64,000 nucleotides of DNA, taken from Myxococcota bacterium (GTDB lineage Bacteria > Myxococcota > UBA4151). The position numbers were made by a program, and so were the translations under genes. Shown here piece after piece: positions 63,255 through 64,000 of the stretch. The notes beneath the pieces were generated by a model. The model did no database searches. It worked only from the letters and a program-made list of their open reading frames with translations, and was not told the DNA's origin. Each line of letters begins with the position of its first letter. Within the stretch, counting starts at the first letter, position 1. The DNA lies in NCBI GenBank assembly GCA_036338695.1, contig JAYZBQ010000026.1, positions 1 through 64,000 on the forward strand. The letters are read 5' to 3'.

Positions 63255-64000
63255 TCAGTGCGTTACCTGGCTCACCTCAGAGACGCTCTGCGGCTGCCGT
63301 GGATCTATAATTCGAACAACGTCGATGCCGAACCCCGAGACACCACGCACCGGCAGCTGCCGCCGCGAGACCAGCTCGATCTGGCTCAGACCGAGGTCGC
63401 GCAACACCTGCGCGCCGATACCGATGGTGTGCAGGTTCTCCGAAGTTGGCGGTTGCTCACCCGTTGCCATGGCGTCCAACAGCGGCACCTGCACCGGTCG
63501 AGCCAGGTACAAGACCACCCCGCTGCCCTTCTCCAAAATCGAGCGAAAGCCCAGGTCAAGGTCGGCTGTCGCGCCCGGGACACCGCCGCCAAAAGTGTCC
63601 GTCCAAGGGCGCGCAGCGTGCACGCGTACTCTCGCCAGCTCGTCGTCGTGCGGGTCGCCGAGCACAAAGGCAACCATCTCAAGGCTCCCCACCTTCGAGG
63701 CGTAGGAGATCGCACGAAACCGCCCCCAACGCGTCTCGACATCACGCTCGCTGGCGCGCTCGATCAAGCTCTCGTTTTGCAGGCGGTAATGCACGAGGTC
63801 CGCCACCTGGACGATCGGCATGTTGTGGCGCTCGGCGAAGGACTCGAGCTGCGGCATGCGCGCCATGGTCCCGTCTTCGTTCATGATCTCAACGATCACG
63901 GCGGCGGGGATCAACCCAGCGAGTCGAGCCAGATCGACGCTGCCTTCTGTTTGCCCGGTCCGAACCAGAACGCCACCAGGCTCGGCGCGCAAGGGGAAGA
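63255..64000 (-). CDS. ribB: DHBP synthase fused to a degenerate GTP cyclohydrolase II-like domain (RibBX type); 5-prime end lies outside the window
   Basis: GGVLVRTGQTEGSVDLARLAG, EIMNEDGTMAR; C-domain RVH and GIGAQVLRDLG, but no Zn-binding cysteines. Confidence 0.88.
   Translation of the reverse strand, partial: FPLRAEPGGVLVRTGQTEGSVDLARLAGLIPAAVIVEIMNEDGTMARMPQLESFAERHNMPIVQVADLVHYRLQNESLIERASERDVETRWGRFRAISYASKVGSLEMVAFVLGDPHDDELARVRVHAARPWTDTFGGGVPGATADLDLGFRSILEKGSGVVLYLARPVQVPLLDAMATGEQPPTSENLHTIGIGAQVLRDLGLSQIELVSRRQLPVRGVSGFGIDVVRIIDPRQPQSVSEVSQVTH

Noticed and set aside
1..64000. Many long alternative-frame and antisense ORFs (e.g. 172-1155, 25957-26883, 34551-35462, 51508-52377, 59771-60898)
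   Set aside because: They shadow well-supported genes, are Arg/Pro/Ala-rich without motifs, and are expected in high-GC DNA.
1..64000. CRISPR arrays, tRNA/rRNA genes, IS elements, integrases, prophage genes
   Set aside because: No regularly spaced repeats, cloverleaf or rRNA-like tracts, or recombinase/transposase motifs were seen, and intergenic gaps are nearly all under 250 bp. By-eye reading could miss a small ncRNA.

Overview
GC-rich (roughly two-thirds G+C by eye), very compact bacterial chromosome segment with about 60 genes, most on the minus strand and many joined by ATGA/TGATG/GTGA overlaps. A MYXO-CTERM-like tail, a myxococcal Cys-rich repeat, many lipoproteins and PilT paralogs point to Myxococcota or a related deltaproteobacterium (inference). 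Content from left to right: membrane+TPR protein and pilD; a sigma54 two-component pair; an outer-membrane lipoprotein gene interrupted by an in-frame TAG; fdhD; an Mla/MCE-type ABC operon with two permeases and two ATPases; an RlmI-like methyltransferase; ispE; a TetR-controlled RND efflux operon; a HEAT-repeat-PilT/PilT/acidic-protein operon; a class III aminotransferase; a GntR-GMC oxidoreductase cluster behind a FadL-like porin; cca, glpX, pfkB, gltA, moeB and tsaC; a surface-protein block (40.9-52.1 kb); an orphan clpX; and a long ribB-ribH-nusB-trkAH-yceD-rpmF-plsX-fabHDG run. I found no rRNA, tRNA, CRISPR array, integrase or transposase. Best candidates for undescribed systems: (1) two tandem single-repeat half-TolC proteins with an Ig/lamin-tail lipoprotein, head-to-head with a ComEC-type nuclease lipoprotein; (2) an Mla-like transporter whose two ATPases carry complementary motif defects that predict one live and one dead ATP site; (3) a catalytically degenerate HEAT-repeat-PilT fusion coupled to an intact PilT; (4) a MYXO-CTERM-anchored BPI/LBP-like protein. 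All family calls come from reading motifs by eye; no database search was run.
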